Assembly: GCA_964534375.1 (NCBI GenBank)
Contig: CAZHPN010000062.1
Location: 1-30,896, forward strand
DNA: 30,896 bases
Source of the DNA: an uncultured bacterium
Lineage (GTDB): Bacteria; Lernaellota; Lernaellaia; Lernaellales; Lernaellaceae
Direction: 5' to 3'
This document shows positions 15,113 to 24,150 of this stretch, one piece after another (the stretch's first letter is position 1; every line of letters starts with the position of its first letter). Under the pieces are notes generated by a model. The model was not told where the DNA came from. It saw nothing but the letters and a program-made list of their open reading frames with translations, and did not search any database. Made by a program: the position numbers and the translations under genes.

Positions 15113-17002
15113 TTATTGCGGCTGGTCCGACAACACCAACCACGACGAGAGGTCGATCATCGGACCGTTGTTCGGATAATCCGCGCCGTCGTAATAGGCG
15201 TAGTACTGGAAGGTGTTTTCGGCGTCGGGGATGATCTGGCTGGTGACGTCCGTCATCGACATCGGCACCTGTTTGCCGGGGCACCAGCCGTCGCGGCCGT
15301 ACCACCACGTGCCGTATTGGTTGGGAACCGTGCCCTGATCGACGGCTTGCATGCAGCCGTAGGTGTTGCCGGCGTCGGGGAAGCTGATGACGTTGTCATG
15401 GCCGTTGACCACGAAATGGTGCTCGATATCGCAGAACTCGGCGCAGTTGCCGGGTTGATCGCCGCCATGGCCGGTGACCACCACGGCGAGGTCCGCCAAG
15501 CCGAAGCCGGACGGCACCGTCATCGTGATCGGCGAATGCTGCGTGTTGTAATCCGGACCCAACGTGCCGCCCGAGAACAGGAAGGTCGCGGCGTTCGGGC
15601 GGTCCGGCTTTTTGGCGTTGAACAGCCGCAGATTCAGCGTGACGTAGTACGCGTTTTGCGAATAGAAGGTGAACGTGCGGGTTCCGCCGTTGGCGATGAG
15701 GGGCAGGATGCCGCTGACATCGTGGACCCATTCGCCGATGCGATGATAGGTGGTGATCCAGCGGCCGAACTCGACGTCGCACACGGTGGGATCGTCGGGT
15801 TCGCAGAGCTGGAGGTTGACGATGTAATCCCACGCGGGGCAGAAGCCCATTTCGCCGGCGCCGATGCAATCCAGAGTAAGGTCGAGTTCGACCGAATCGA
15901 ACCCGGCCATGGTTGCGGCATCCGGCAAGTTCACCTCGGCCGTGAGCGTGCTCGGCGCGCCGTTCGCCGAAATCACGGTCTTGTTGAAGATGTTGACGAC
16001 GGTGGCGCCCTCGGCGTCCATGGCGGCTTTGCGGGTCGCCTCGTAGTTGTAGTAGATGGGTTCGTTCGCGGCCATCGACAGATTCGGATCGAACCACTGG
16101 GTGTTCGCGTCATAGCGCGTCGGGTCGGCGTAGCTGCCGATGTACCGGATGCGCTGGAAGCGGTCGATGCCGATGCCCCAGCCGGGCGACAACATCACCT
16201 GGCCGACCCAGCCCGGGATTTCCGCGGCGTTTTGCGTGGCGTAATGCAAGCGATGGAACCAACGATCCTGATCGGCCTGCGAAAGCGACGCCAAATACGG
16301 GGCGAATTGTTCTTGGAGCTTGTCGAGCAGGGCGGCGATCGCACTCGGGTCGGACACGGACTGGACGGCGAAAATGACCTGCACGTTGGGCGGCAGATCC
16401 TGCAAGAACTGGGCGCCGTCGCGTTCCCAAATGCCGATCGGCGAGCCGGCGTTTTGCGCCGGATCGTCCTGAATGATCAGGTAGGTTTCGCAGCCGGTCC
16501 AGTTTTCCTTCAGACTCCACGGGCCTTCGGTGGTGTTCACGGTGAAGTCCGCCGCGGTCGCGAAGAGGTCCGTGCTGTCCGGCACGTCGATAAACGGCAC
16601 GACGGGCATTTGCAAATCGCTGCACTGGAAATTGTTCGGCGGCGTCGCATCGTCGTCGGCCGGGCTGGCGTCGTCGTCGTCATCGGCGGGGCTGGCGTCG
16701 TCGTCGGCCCGCTCGGCGATGCATGCGGCGACGTCGGCGCAATTTGCCGCCGCGAGCACGCAGTTGCGGAATGACGCGGCGACGCTCGGGCAATCGCCGA
16801 GACATAGCGCGGTCGTCGGCACGTCGAGCGCGGGGCCCTGCTCGCATTCTTCAATCCGGGAACAGTACGTGGCGCATTCCGTCGCAACGGTTCCGCCCCC
16901 GCCGCTGCTGCTGCTGGATTTGGCGCAGCCGGCCAACAGAAAAAGCCCGGACCAGACGATCAGCAAGGCGACCGTCGTTCGCATCGCTAGATTTTTTTTC
17001 AT
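15113..17002 (-). CDS. Lipoprotein with Cys-rich domain and C-terminal PNGase F-like domains
   Basis: GAGGGAG SD and ATG 17002; lipobox LAGC; CPAWDY, EFGRWITTY, TGHG, CAEFC and GTWWYGRDGWCPG match PNGase F family motifs. Confidence 0.85.
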   Translation of the reverse strand: MKKNLAMRTTVALLIVWSGLFLLAGCAKSSSSSGGGGTVATECATYCSRIEECEQGPALDVPTTALCLGDCPSVAASFRNCVLAAANCADVAACIAERADDDASPADDDDDASPADDDATPPNNFQCSDLQMPVVPFIDVPDSTDLFATAADFTVNTTEGPWSLKENWTGCETYLIIQDDPAQNAGSPIGIWERDGAQFLQDLPPNVQVIFAVQSVSDPSAIAALLDKLQEQFAPYLASLSQADQDRWFHRLHYATQNAAEIPGWVGQVMLSPGWGIGIDRFQRIRYIGSYADPTRYDANTQWFDPNLSMAANEPIYYNYEATRKAAMDAEGATVVNIFNKTVISANGAPSTLTAEVNLPDAATMAGFDSVELDLTLDCIGAGEMGFCPAWDYIVNLQLCEPDDPTVCDVEFGRWITTYHRIGEWVHDVSGILPLIANGGTRTFTFYSQNAYYVTLNLRLFNAKKPDRPNAATFLFSGGTLGPDYNTQHSPITMTVPSGFGLADLAVVVTGHGGDQPGNCAEFCDIEHHFVVNGHDNVISFPDAGNTYGCMQAVDQGTVPNQYGTWWYGRDGWCPGKQVPMSMTDVTSQIIPDAENTFQYYAYYDGADYPNNGPMIDLSSWLVLSDQPQ

Positions 17003-17352
17003 GGCGCTCCCTCGCGGAGTGAGATGGCGATCAGCGGTTATCATCCGCGCAAGAGAGTAGTGTTTCTTGCGGAGCGAAGTCAAACCGCGTCACTTGTTTC
17101 GCGACGGGCGGCCTTTTTCGGCAAACGTGCGGAGTCGGCCGGCGAGCCGCCAGGCGCCGCCTTCGTCGGCGCGTGGACGGAAAGCGCCGGCGGCGGGTTG
17201 CGGACGCGCTAGCAACGCCGCGACGGCCGCGGCGGCGGCGGCTTTGCGCAATACTTCTCGTGGGCGTTGGCTCATGAAGGGAGTGTGCCGCCGGCGGGCG
17301 CCGGTTGTCCAGAGGGCGCCGGGCGCGCAAATCCCCGGCTAAGAGAGAGGTG

Positions 17353-17470
17353 TTGACAGGATCGAGAGGTTCGACCGGATGGGGCTGTTTTTCTTTGACA
17401 GGATCGACTGGATCAACAAACGATTGATTTTTTGACAGGATTTGCAGGATTTCGAGGATAGACAGGATAC
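17353..17470. repeat. Degenerate 9-nt repeat cluster (GACAGGATn)
   Basis: TTGACAGGAT at 17353, 17395 and 17432, each followed by 1-3 degenerate 9-mer units. Confidence 0.75.
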
Positions 17471-17686
17471 GGACGACTTGCTGCCGCGCCGGCCGCCGCA
17501 AACGCTGGCCGTTCTTGAACCCCGCTTCGCGGACCGTGTCGAAACGACAATGGAAAAGCGCTTTCCTCTCGCGCCGAGGAGGAAGGCGGATGGCCGATTC
17601 GGAGGGCTTTTTTCGCAGGCTGCCGGTTTTCCGGCGGGCAGGCTCCTGCCGCGCAAAGGAAGCGGTCGGGAAGGGGGGGGAACAGC

Positions 17687-18565
17687 GTGTTTTTTCTGGA
17701 GGACCTCAAGAAATACGTCTGGCTCGGGCGGATCATGGCGGTCGCCCTGTGCGCCTATTTGTCGGCGGGCGCCGTCTCGACCTATGTGCGCGGGTTGTTT
17801 ACGCAAACGCCGACGCTGAATCTGCCGGCGATTGCCTCGCCGAGCTACACATTCCGGCCCCTGACCGACTACGACATGATCCTGAAGCGCAGCCTGTTCA
17901 ACTCGGCGGGAGTCAACATGCAGGCCACCTTCTCGAAAAAGGACAGCGGGCCGGCGGCGACCGCCGAAGACCTGACGCTTCTCGGAACGGTCGCGGGGGA
18001 GCCCGAAGATTCCTACGCCGTGATCAGCACCAAGCACGACAACAAAACCGACGTATACCGTGTCCACGACAAAATCGGCGAGGAAACCGAGGTCGTGGCG
18101 ATCCGGTCGCGGGATGTCGAGTTGTTGCGCAACGGCGAGATGGAGACGATCAAACTGCCCGACCTCGACAACGTGAAACAACTGAGCGATCGGTGGGCCA
18201 AGGGGCCGGGAAAAGACATCGCCGAGGGCATCCGGAAGGTCGGCGAACACGAATACGTCGTGAGCAAGGAGTTGATCGACGCCGCCTTCAAGGACATGGG
18301 GAAGTTGATGACCGGCGCGCGGCTGATGCCGAATTTCGACGCCGGCAAGTTCGCCGGCTTCAAGATTTCGCACATTCAGAAGGACAGTTTATATAAAATC
18401 ATCGGGCTGGAAGACGGCGACACGCTCTACCGCGTGAATTCCAAGGAAATCAACAACCCGCTGGACGGCTTGCGCGTGATCCAGGATCTGCAAACGGCGA
18501 AGAACATTTCCATCGACTTCGCGCGCAACGGCCAGCGGCAGACGTCGTCGTTCACCGTGAGGTGA
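17687..18565 (+). CDS. gspC: Type II secretion protein C (TM-HR-PDZ), copy 1
   Basis: N-terminal TM, LLGTVAG...YAVI HR motif, PDZ-like GFKI...IGLEDGD..RVN; lies upstream of gspD and gspE; GTG start. Confidence 0.88.
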   Translation: MFFLEDLKKYVWLGRIMAVALCAYLSAGAVSTYVRGLFTQTPTLNLPAIASPSYTFRPLTDYDMILKRSLFNSAGVNMQATFSKKDSGPAATAEDLTLLGTVAGEPEDSYAVISTKHDNKTDVYRVHDKIGEETEVVAIRSRDVELLRNGEMETIKLPDLDNVKQLSDRWAKGPGKDIAEGIRKVGEHEYVVSKELIDAAFKDMGKLMTGARLMPNFDAGKFAGFKISHIQKDSLYKIIGLEDGDTLYRVNSKEINNPLDGLRVIQDLQTAKNISIDFARNGQRQTSSFTVR

Positions 18566-18726
18566 GCGGAGGCGCCGCCCGCGCTGGCCGCGGTTCCTCG
18601 TCATTCGCCACGATGGGAATTGCGGATTTGGGCCCCATCGCGCTGCGGATTTGAACCGGGAAGAATGGGCCGTGTCCAAATGGCGGCAGGATGGCGCTCC
18701 CCACTGATGTGCATGGGGCAAGCAGC

Positions 18727-18755
18727 TTGCCAACGCGGGCGTATCTTGTTATGGT
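18727..18755 (+). promoter_or_regulatory. Putative internal sigma70 promoter for gspC2-gspDE
   Basis: TTGCCA-N17-TATGGT with an extended TG. Confidence 0.45.
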
Positions 18756-18820
18756 CTGGCGATTTTCTTCCCCGGACGACAAACCGGGGGGTCGGGAAAC
18801 GATTGGGATGAAACGGCAAT

Positions 18821-19699
18821 ATGTTTTTTCTTGAGAGCCTGAAGAAATATTTCTGGGTCGGGCGGATCTTGCTCGTCGGCCTGTGCGCCTACCTGTCGGC
18901 GAACGCCGTCTCGATCTATGTGCGGGGATCGTTGTCGCAAACGCCGACGCTGAGTCTGCCGGCAGTGGCGGCGTCGAGCGTCGCGTACAAATCGTTGAAC
19001 GACTACGACATGATTCTGAAGCGCAGTCTGTTCAATTCGGCGGGCGTCAACATGCAGGCGAGCTTCACGAAAAAAGAAAGCGGGCCGGCGGTGACCGTCG
19101 AGGATATGGTGCTGCTGGGCACGATCGCCGGGGAACCCGAGATTTCGTACGCCGTGATCAACACCAAGCACGACAGCAAGACCGAGGTGTACCGCATGCA
19201 CGACAAAGTCGGCGGCGAAGCCGAGGTCGTGGCGATTCGCGCCCGGGAAGTCGAGTTGCTGCGCAACGGCGAAAAGGAAACGATCAAACTGCCCGAACTC
19301 GATGATTTGAAGAAGGCGGGCGATCGTTGGGCCAAGGGCGCGGGCAAAGACATCGCCGACGGCATCCGAAAACTCGGCGATCACGATTTTGTCGTGAGCA
19401 AGGAATTGATCGACGCCGCCTTCAAAGACATGGGAAAATTGATGAGCGGGGCGCGGCTAATGCCGAACTTCGACGGCGGCAAGATCAACGGCTTCAAGAT
19501 TTCGCACATTCAGAAGGACAGCTTGTATAAGCTGATCGGGCTGGACGACGGCGATGTGCTGCATCGCGTGAATTCGAAAGAAATCAACAACCCGCTGGAT
19601 GGGCTGCGCGTGATCCAGGAATTGCAAACGGCGAAGAACATTTCCATCGACTTCTCGCGCAACGGTCAGCGGCAAACGTCGTCGTACACGGTACGATAG
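18821..19699 (+). CDS. gspC: Type II secretion protein C, copy 2
   Basis: 292 aa, colinear with copy 1 (hand count 229/292 identical); directly precedes gspD. Confidence 0.9.
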   Translation: MFFLESLKKYFWVGRILLVGLCAYLSANAVSIYVRGSLSQTPTLSLPAVAASSVAYKSLNDYDMILKRSLFNSAGVNMQASFTKKESGPAVTVEDMVLLGTIAGEPEISYAVINTKHDSKTEVYRMHDKVGGEAEVVAIRAREVELLRNGEKETIKLPELDDLKKAGDRWAKGAGKDIADGIRKLGDHDFVVSKELIDAAFKDMGKLMSGARLMPNFDGGKINGFKISHIQKDSLYKLIGLDDGDVLHRVNSKEINNPLDGLRVIQELQTAKNISIDFSRNGQRQTSSYTVR

Positions 19700-19748
19700 C
19701 TGGGCGGTCGCGCCCGCGATGATCGATAAGGCGGATTTGGGAGCGAGC

Positions 19749-22418
19749 ATGAATTTTCCGTGTTACCGCAGGTGGTTGCTGATCCTTCTGCTGGCAGCGT
19801 GCCTGGGCGCCGCAGCCCATGTCGCCGGGCCGCGCCTCGGGCCCGAGCCCGCATACGCCCAGGAAAATCCGGCTCCCGCCCCCGCGCCCGCTCCGGCGCC
19901 CGCGCCCCCCGTTCCGCCGACCCCGCCGACCCCGCCAAAAGTAAAAGAACTTGAATCCGCGTCGCCGACGCCGCTGCCCGAAATCAGCGAATGCCCCGCC
20001 GGCAAGGTGCGCGTCAATTTCAACGAAACGGACCTTCGCGAAATCGTCAAGACGATGGCGACGATGACCAATCAGAACTTTCTGCTCGACAAGTCCATTA
20101 CCGGGCAGATCACCATCGTCTCGCCGACCTGCGTGACCACCGAAGAAGCGTACGACATCTTTCTGTCGGTGCTGTACGTCAACGGCATGACGACCGTGAA
20201 AGTCGGCAAGCTGACGAAAATCATCAAGCGCGCCGACGCGCAGACGCAGCCGATTCAAACCAATGTGGACGGTCTGGGCCGCGACAACGAACGGTACATC
20301 ACGCAACTGATCAAGTTGAAAAACCTCGATGCGGTGGATATCGCGGGCTCCTTTCGGCCGCTGATCAGCAACGACGGCAACGTCTTCGCCTACGGTCCCG
20401 CGAACATGCTGATCATTCTGGACAGCGCTGCGAACATCAACCGCCTCTACCGCATTCTCCAAAAACTCGACGTTGAAGGCACCGAGCAATTGATCGAAGT
20501 GATGCCGGTCGAGTACGCGGCGGCCGACGCGCTCGCCGACGTCATCCTGCAGCTCTTCGAACAAGAAGCGCGAATTTCCGGAATGTCCGGCGGCGGCGCC
20601 AACAACCCGCTCAGCCAACTGCGCCAGCGGCTGCAACAGCAGCAGGGCGCACGGCCCGGCGCCCCGGCGGCGCTCGGCCAACGGCCGGGGGCCACGGGGG
20701 GCGCGCTGTCGGTCGCCAATGGCGAAACGTTGCGCATCATCCCCGACGCCCGCACGAACAGCCTCGTGGTGAAAGCGAGCACGTATACCTTAAAGCGGGT
20801 GAAGGAAGTCATCGCCAAGCTCGACCAACCGCTGCCCGGCGGCGAAGGCAAGATCCACGTGGTGTATCTGGAAAACGCCAACGCCACCGATCTCGCCGGC
20901 ATCCTGGCCGACCTCGCCGGAACCGGCGGCGGCGGCGGTGCGGCGGGCCAGCGGCGGCCCGGGACTTCCGGCCAGGCCGGGCGGCCGGGCTCGCAGGCGG
21001 GCGGCGCGGCGGGCGCGTTCGCGTCGCGCTTTGGCGGCAGCTCGAGCGGCGGCTTGGGCAGTTCCGCCCTGAACCGCTCGGGCGCCGGCGGGCAGCTCGG
21101 GGCCGGCGGCATCAGCCGCGATCAAGGCAATCCGACGCGCGGCATCGCGACGACCTCGGGCCGGTTTCTGGCGGACTTCGAAGGCGCGGTCCGCATTACG
21201 GCCGACCCGGCGACGAACAGCCTGGTGATCATCGCCAGCAACCGCGACATGGAAATCCTGCGGGAAGTCATCACGAAACTCGATATCCCGCGGCCGCAGG
21301 TGTACGTCGAAGTGATGATCGCGGAAATCACGTCCTCGCGCGGCGTGACTCTCGATATGGAATTTCGCTCGACCAACAATCCCACGTCGAAGGGCGTGCA
21401 AGTGATCGGCGGCACCAACTACGGCGGCATTCAGAACGCCGCCGCCAACCCGCTGGGCATCTCGGGCTTTGCCATCGGCGCGTCCGACGGCACGATCACG
21501 TTCAACGGCCAGACGTTCCCCAACATCGGCGCGCTGTTCACGGCGATGCAAACCGACAGCGACGTCAACATCATGGCGACGCCGCACCTGCTGACAACGG
21601 ATAACGAGCAAGCCGAAGTCATCATCGCCGACAACATTCCGTTCATCACCGGCCAGATTTACTCGACCAATTTCGCGGCGCCGACAACCACGATCGAGCG
21701 GCAGGACGTCGGCATTACGCTGCGCATCACGCCGTCGATCAACGAATCCGACATGGTGCGCCTGACGATCTATACGGAAAATTCGACGGTCACCGACAGC
21801 CCGGCCGGCCTGTCGGCGGCGCAGGTGGGCATCACCACGGCCAAGCGCAGCGCCGACACCGTGGTTGTCGTGAAGAGCCGCCAGACGGTGGTCATCGGCG
21901 GCCTGATGCAGGACAACATTACGTACACGGAATCGAAAGTCCCGGTGTTCGGCGACATCCCGGTCATCGGGTACTTTTTCAAGAACAGCAGCCGCACGGT
22001 CAACAAGACGAATCTGCTGATTTTCATCACGCCGCACATCATTAAGGACACGGGCGACCTGGAAGAAGTCACCCGGATGAGCAACTACCGCTTGCAACAG
22101 TTCCGGCAGCAAAACAAGATGCCCGGCCGCCGCAACCTCGATGAAGAAACCATGCAGCCCGAGGAACGCGTTTTCCGGCCGCCGGAACCGCCCGCGATCG
22201 AAATCGACCCGACCAAACGCGGCACATCCGTGCGGAAACCGGCCGAAGTGACGCCGGAACCGGCCGCGGCCCCGCCGGCCAACAATCAGCCCGCCAGCGG
22301 GCAATCCGGCGGCGGGCAATCCGGCGGCAGCCAGTCGAGCGGCGGCCAATCGAGCGGCGGTCAATCTGGCGGCGGCCAGCCCTCCGATCCCGATTTTGGC
22401 GGCAGCGGCGGCAAGTAA
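19749..22418 (+). CDS. gspD: Type II secretion secretin
   Basis: N0 domain (VNFNETDLREIV), N-domain repeats (DARTNSLVV, DPATNSLVI), LDIPRPQVYVE, secretin motifs RQDVGITLRITP and KVPVFGDIPVIGYFF...NLLIFITPHII. Confidence 0.95.
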   Translation: MNFPCYRRWLLILLLAACLGAAAHVAGPRLGPEPAYAQENPAPAPAPAPAPAPPVPPTPPTPPKVKELESASPTPLPEISECPAGKVRVNFNETDLREIVKTMATMTNQNFLLDKSITGQITIVSPTCVTTEEAYDIFLSVLYVNGMTTVKVGKLTKIIKRADAQTQPIQTNVDGLGRDNERYITQLIKLKNLDAVDIAGSFRPLISNDGNVFAYGPANMLIILDSAANINRLYRILQKLDVEGTEQLIEVMPVEYAAADALADVILQLFEQEARISGMSGGGANNPLSQLRQRLQQQQGARPGAPAALGQRPGATGGALSVANGETLRIIPDARTNSLVVKASTYTLKRVKEVIAKLDQPLPGGEGKIHVVYLENANATDLAGILADLAGTGGGGGAAGQRRPGTSGQAGRPGSQAGGAAGAFASRFGGSSSGGLGSSALNRSGAGGQLGAGGISRDQGNPTRGIATTSGRFLADFEGAVRITADPATNSLVIIASNRDMEILREVITKLDIPRPQVYVEVMIAEITSSRGVTLDMEFRSTNNPTSKGVQVIGGTNYGGIQNAAANPLGISGFAIGASDGTITFNGQTFPNIGALFTAMQTDSDVNIMATPHLLTTDNEQAEVIIADNIPFITGQIYSTNFAAPTTTIERQDVGITLRITPSINESDMVRLTIYTENSTVTDSPAGLSAAQVGITTAKRSADTVVVVKSRQTVVIGGLMQDNITYTESKVPVFGDIPVIGYFFKNSSRTVNKTNLLIFITPHIIKDTGDLEEVTRMSNYRLQQFRQQNKMPGRRNLDEETMQPEERVFRPPEPPAIEIDPTKRGTSVRKPAEVTPEPAAAPPANNQPASGQSGGGQSGGSQSSGGQSSGGQSGGGQPSDPDFGGSGGK
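22297..22380 (+). repeat. Intragenic 15-bp repeat encoding (GQSGG)n in the GspD tail
   Basis: Translates as SGQSGGGQSGGSQSSGGQSSGGQSGGGQ. Confidence 0.7.
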
Positions 22419-22436
22419 CAAGAGGAATCCAGCGCC

Positions 22437-24143
22437 ATGCGCCAGCGACTCGGTGAAATACTCGTCGAGATGAACCTCGTCACGGCCGCGCAGGTCGGTG
22501 ACGGGCTCGCGGCCCAAGCCGAAAAAGGCGGCCGCATCGGCGAAAACCTGATCAAAATGCGAATCGTCACGGAATCGCAGGTGTTGCAAGCGCTCGCCAA
22601 GCAACTCGGTCTGCCCTTCCAAGAGATGATGCCGCCCGAGGCGATCGATTCCGCGTTAGTCTCGAAGATTCCGATCGCCTACGCCAAACGCAAACTGATT
22701 CTGCCGCTCCACGTCGTTGAGCAATCAGGCAAGATCCGCATCGCCTGCGCCGATCCGCTCGATTTCCAGACGATCGACGACATGAGCCTGTTCCTTGGCG
22801 GCGAACTCGAAATCATCATCTGTCCGAGCGGCGTGATTTTCGACACGATCAACCTCACCTACGACAAGATGAGCACCACGACCGCCGACATGATGAGCGA
22901 TCTGGAAGAAGAGCAAGGTTACGGGGAACTTTACGAAGAAGCCCCGGACCTGATCGATGTCGAAGACGAAGAAGCGCCGATCATCCGGCTGGTGAACCAC
23001 CTGATGTTCCGCGCGGTGAAGGAACGGGCCAGCGACATTCACGTCGAGCCGTTCGAGAACGAGATCGTCGTGCGGTTCCGCATCGACGGCGTGCTCTACG
23101 AAGTCATGAAGCCGCCGAAGCGGTTCCAATCGTCGATCGCCAGCCGCATCAAGATCATGGCCAGCCTGAACATCGCCGAAAAGCGGCTGCCGCAGGACGG
23201 CCGCATCCGCATCAAGATCGCCGGCAAAGACATCGACATCCGCACCAGCGTCATCCCCACCGCGCACGGCGAGCGCGTCGTCATGCGTTTGCTGGACAAA
23301 TCGTCCGTGCGCCTCGACCTTGAAAATCTTGGCTTGGCCGGCGCCAAGTTCCATACGCTGCTCGAGTTGATTCAACAGCCGCACGGAATTTTGCTAGTCA
23401 CCGGCCCGACCGGCTCCGGCAAAACGACGACACTGTACGCCGCGCTCGTGCGCCGCAACACGTCAGACGTCAACATCCTGACCATCGAAGACCCGGTCGA
23501 ATATCAGATCAAGGGCCTCGGCCAGATGCAGGTCAATCCGAAAATCAATCTGACCTTCGCCAGCGGGCTGCGGGCCTTTCTCCGGCACGACCCCGACATC
23601 ATTCTCGTCGGCGAAATCCGCGACCTGGAGACCGCCGAAATCGCGATCCAAGCGTCGCTTACCGGCCACTTGGTGTTTTCGACGCTGCACACCAACGATT
23701 CCGCCAGCGCGTTGACCCGGTTGGTCGACATGGGCGTCGAGCCGTTCCTCGTGTCCAGTTCGCTGACCGGCGTCATGGCGCAACGCCTCGTGCGCGTGTT
23801 GTGCAAGGAGTGCAAGAAACTGGTCACGCCGGACGCCAAGCAAATTGCGGCGTTGGGCCTGGAAGCGGCCGTGCTGGCCAACACGCCGATTTATACGTCG
23901 GTCGGTTGCCCGGCCTGTCTCAACACCGGGTTCGCGGGCCGCTCGGCGATCTACGAAATTCTGGTGGTGCACGACGACCTGCGCGCAATGGTGCTCAAGA
24001 ACGTCGACGCCTCGACGATCAAGCGCCACGCCATCGAAAAATACGGCATGGAAACCTTGCGCATGGACGGCGCCAACAAGGTCCGCGCCGGCCAGACGTC
24101 CATGGAAGAAGTGCTGCGCGTCACCCAGGCCGACATCGAGTAG
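22437..24143 (+). CDS. gspE: Type II secretion ATPase with MshEN-like N-terminus
   Basis: RLGEILV...RIGENL N-terminus, ASDIHVEP, Walker A GPTGSGKTT, EDPVEY, GEIRD, TGHLVFSTLH, CxxC...CxxC. Confidence 0.96.
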   Translation: MRQRLGEILVEMNLVTAAQVGDGLAAQAEKGGRIGENLIKMRIVTESQVLQALAKQLGLPFQEMMPPEAIDSALVSKIPIAYAKRKLILPLHVVEQSGKIRIACADPLDFQTIDDMSLFLGGELEIIICPSGVIFDTINLTYDKMSTTTADMMSDLEEEQGYGELYEEAPDLIDVEDEEAPIIRLVNHLMFRAVKERASDIHVEPFENEIVVRFRIDGVLYEVMKPPKRFQSSIASRIKIMASLNIAEKRLPQDGRIRIKIAGKDIDIRTSVIPTAHGERVVMRLLDKSSVRLDLENLGLAGAKFHTLLELIQQPHGILLVTGPTGSGKTTTLYAALVRRNTSDVNILTIEDPVEYQIKGLGQMQVNPKINLTFASGLRAFLRHDPDIILVGEIRDLETAEIAIQASLTGHLVFSTLHTNDSASALTRLVDMGVEPFLVSSSLTGVMAQRLVRVLCKECKKLVTPDAKQIAALGLEAAVLANTPIYTSVGCPACLNTGFAGRSAIYEILVVHDDLRAMVLKNVDASTIKRHAIEKYGMETLRMDGANKVRAGQTSMEEVLRVTQADIE

Positions 24144-24150
24144 CGCGGCG

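Noticed and set aside
17353..17470. CRISPR array
   Set aside because: Repeats are only ~10 bp and degenerate, the spacers are themselves periodic, and no cas genes are present.
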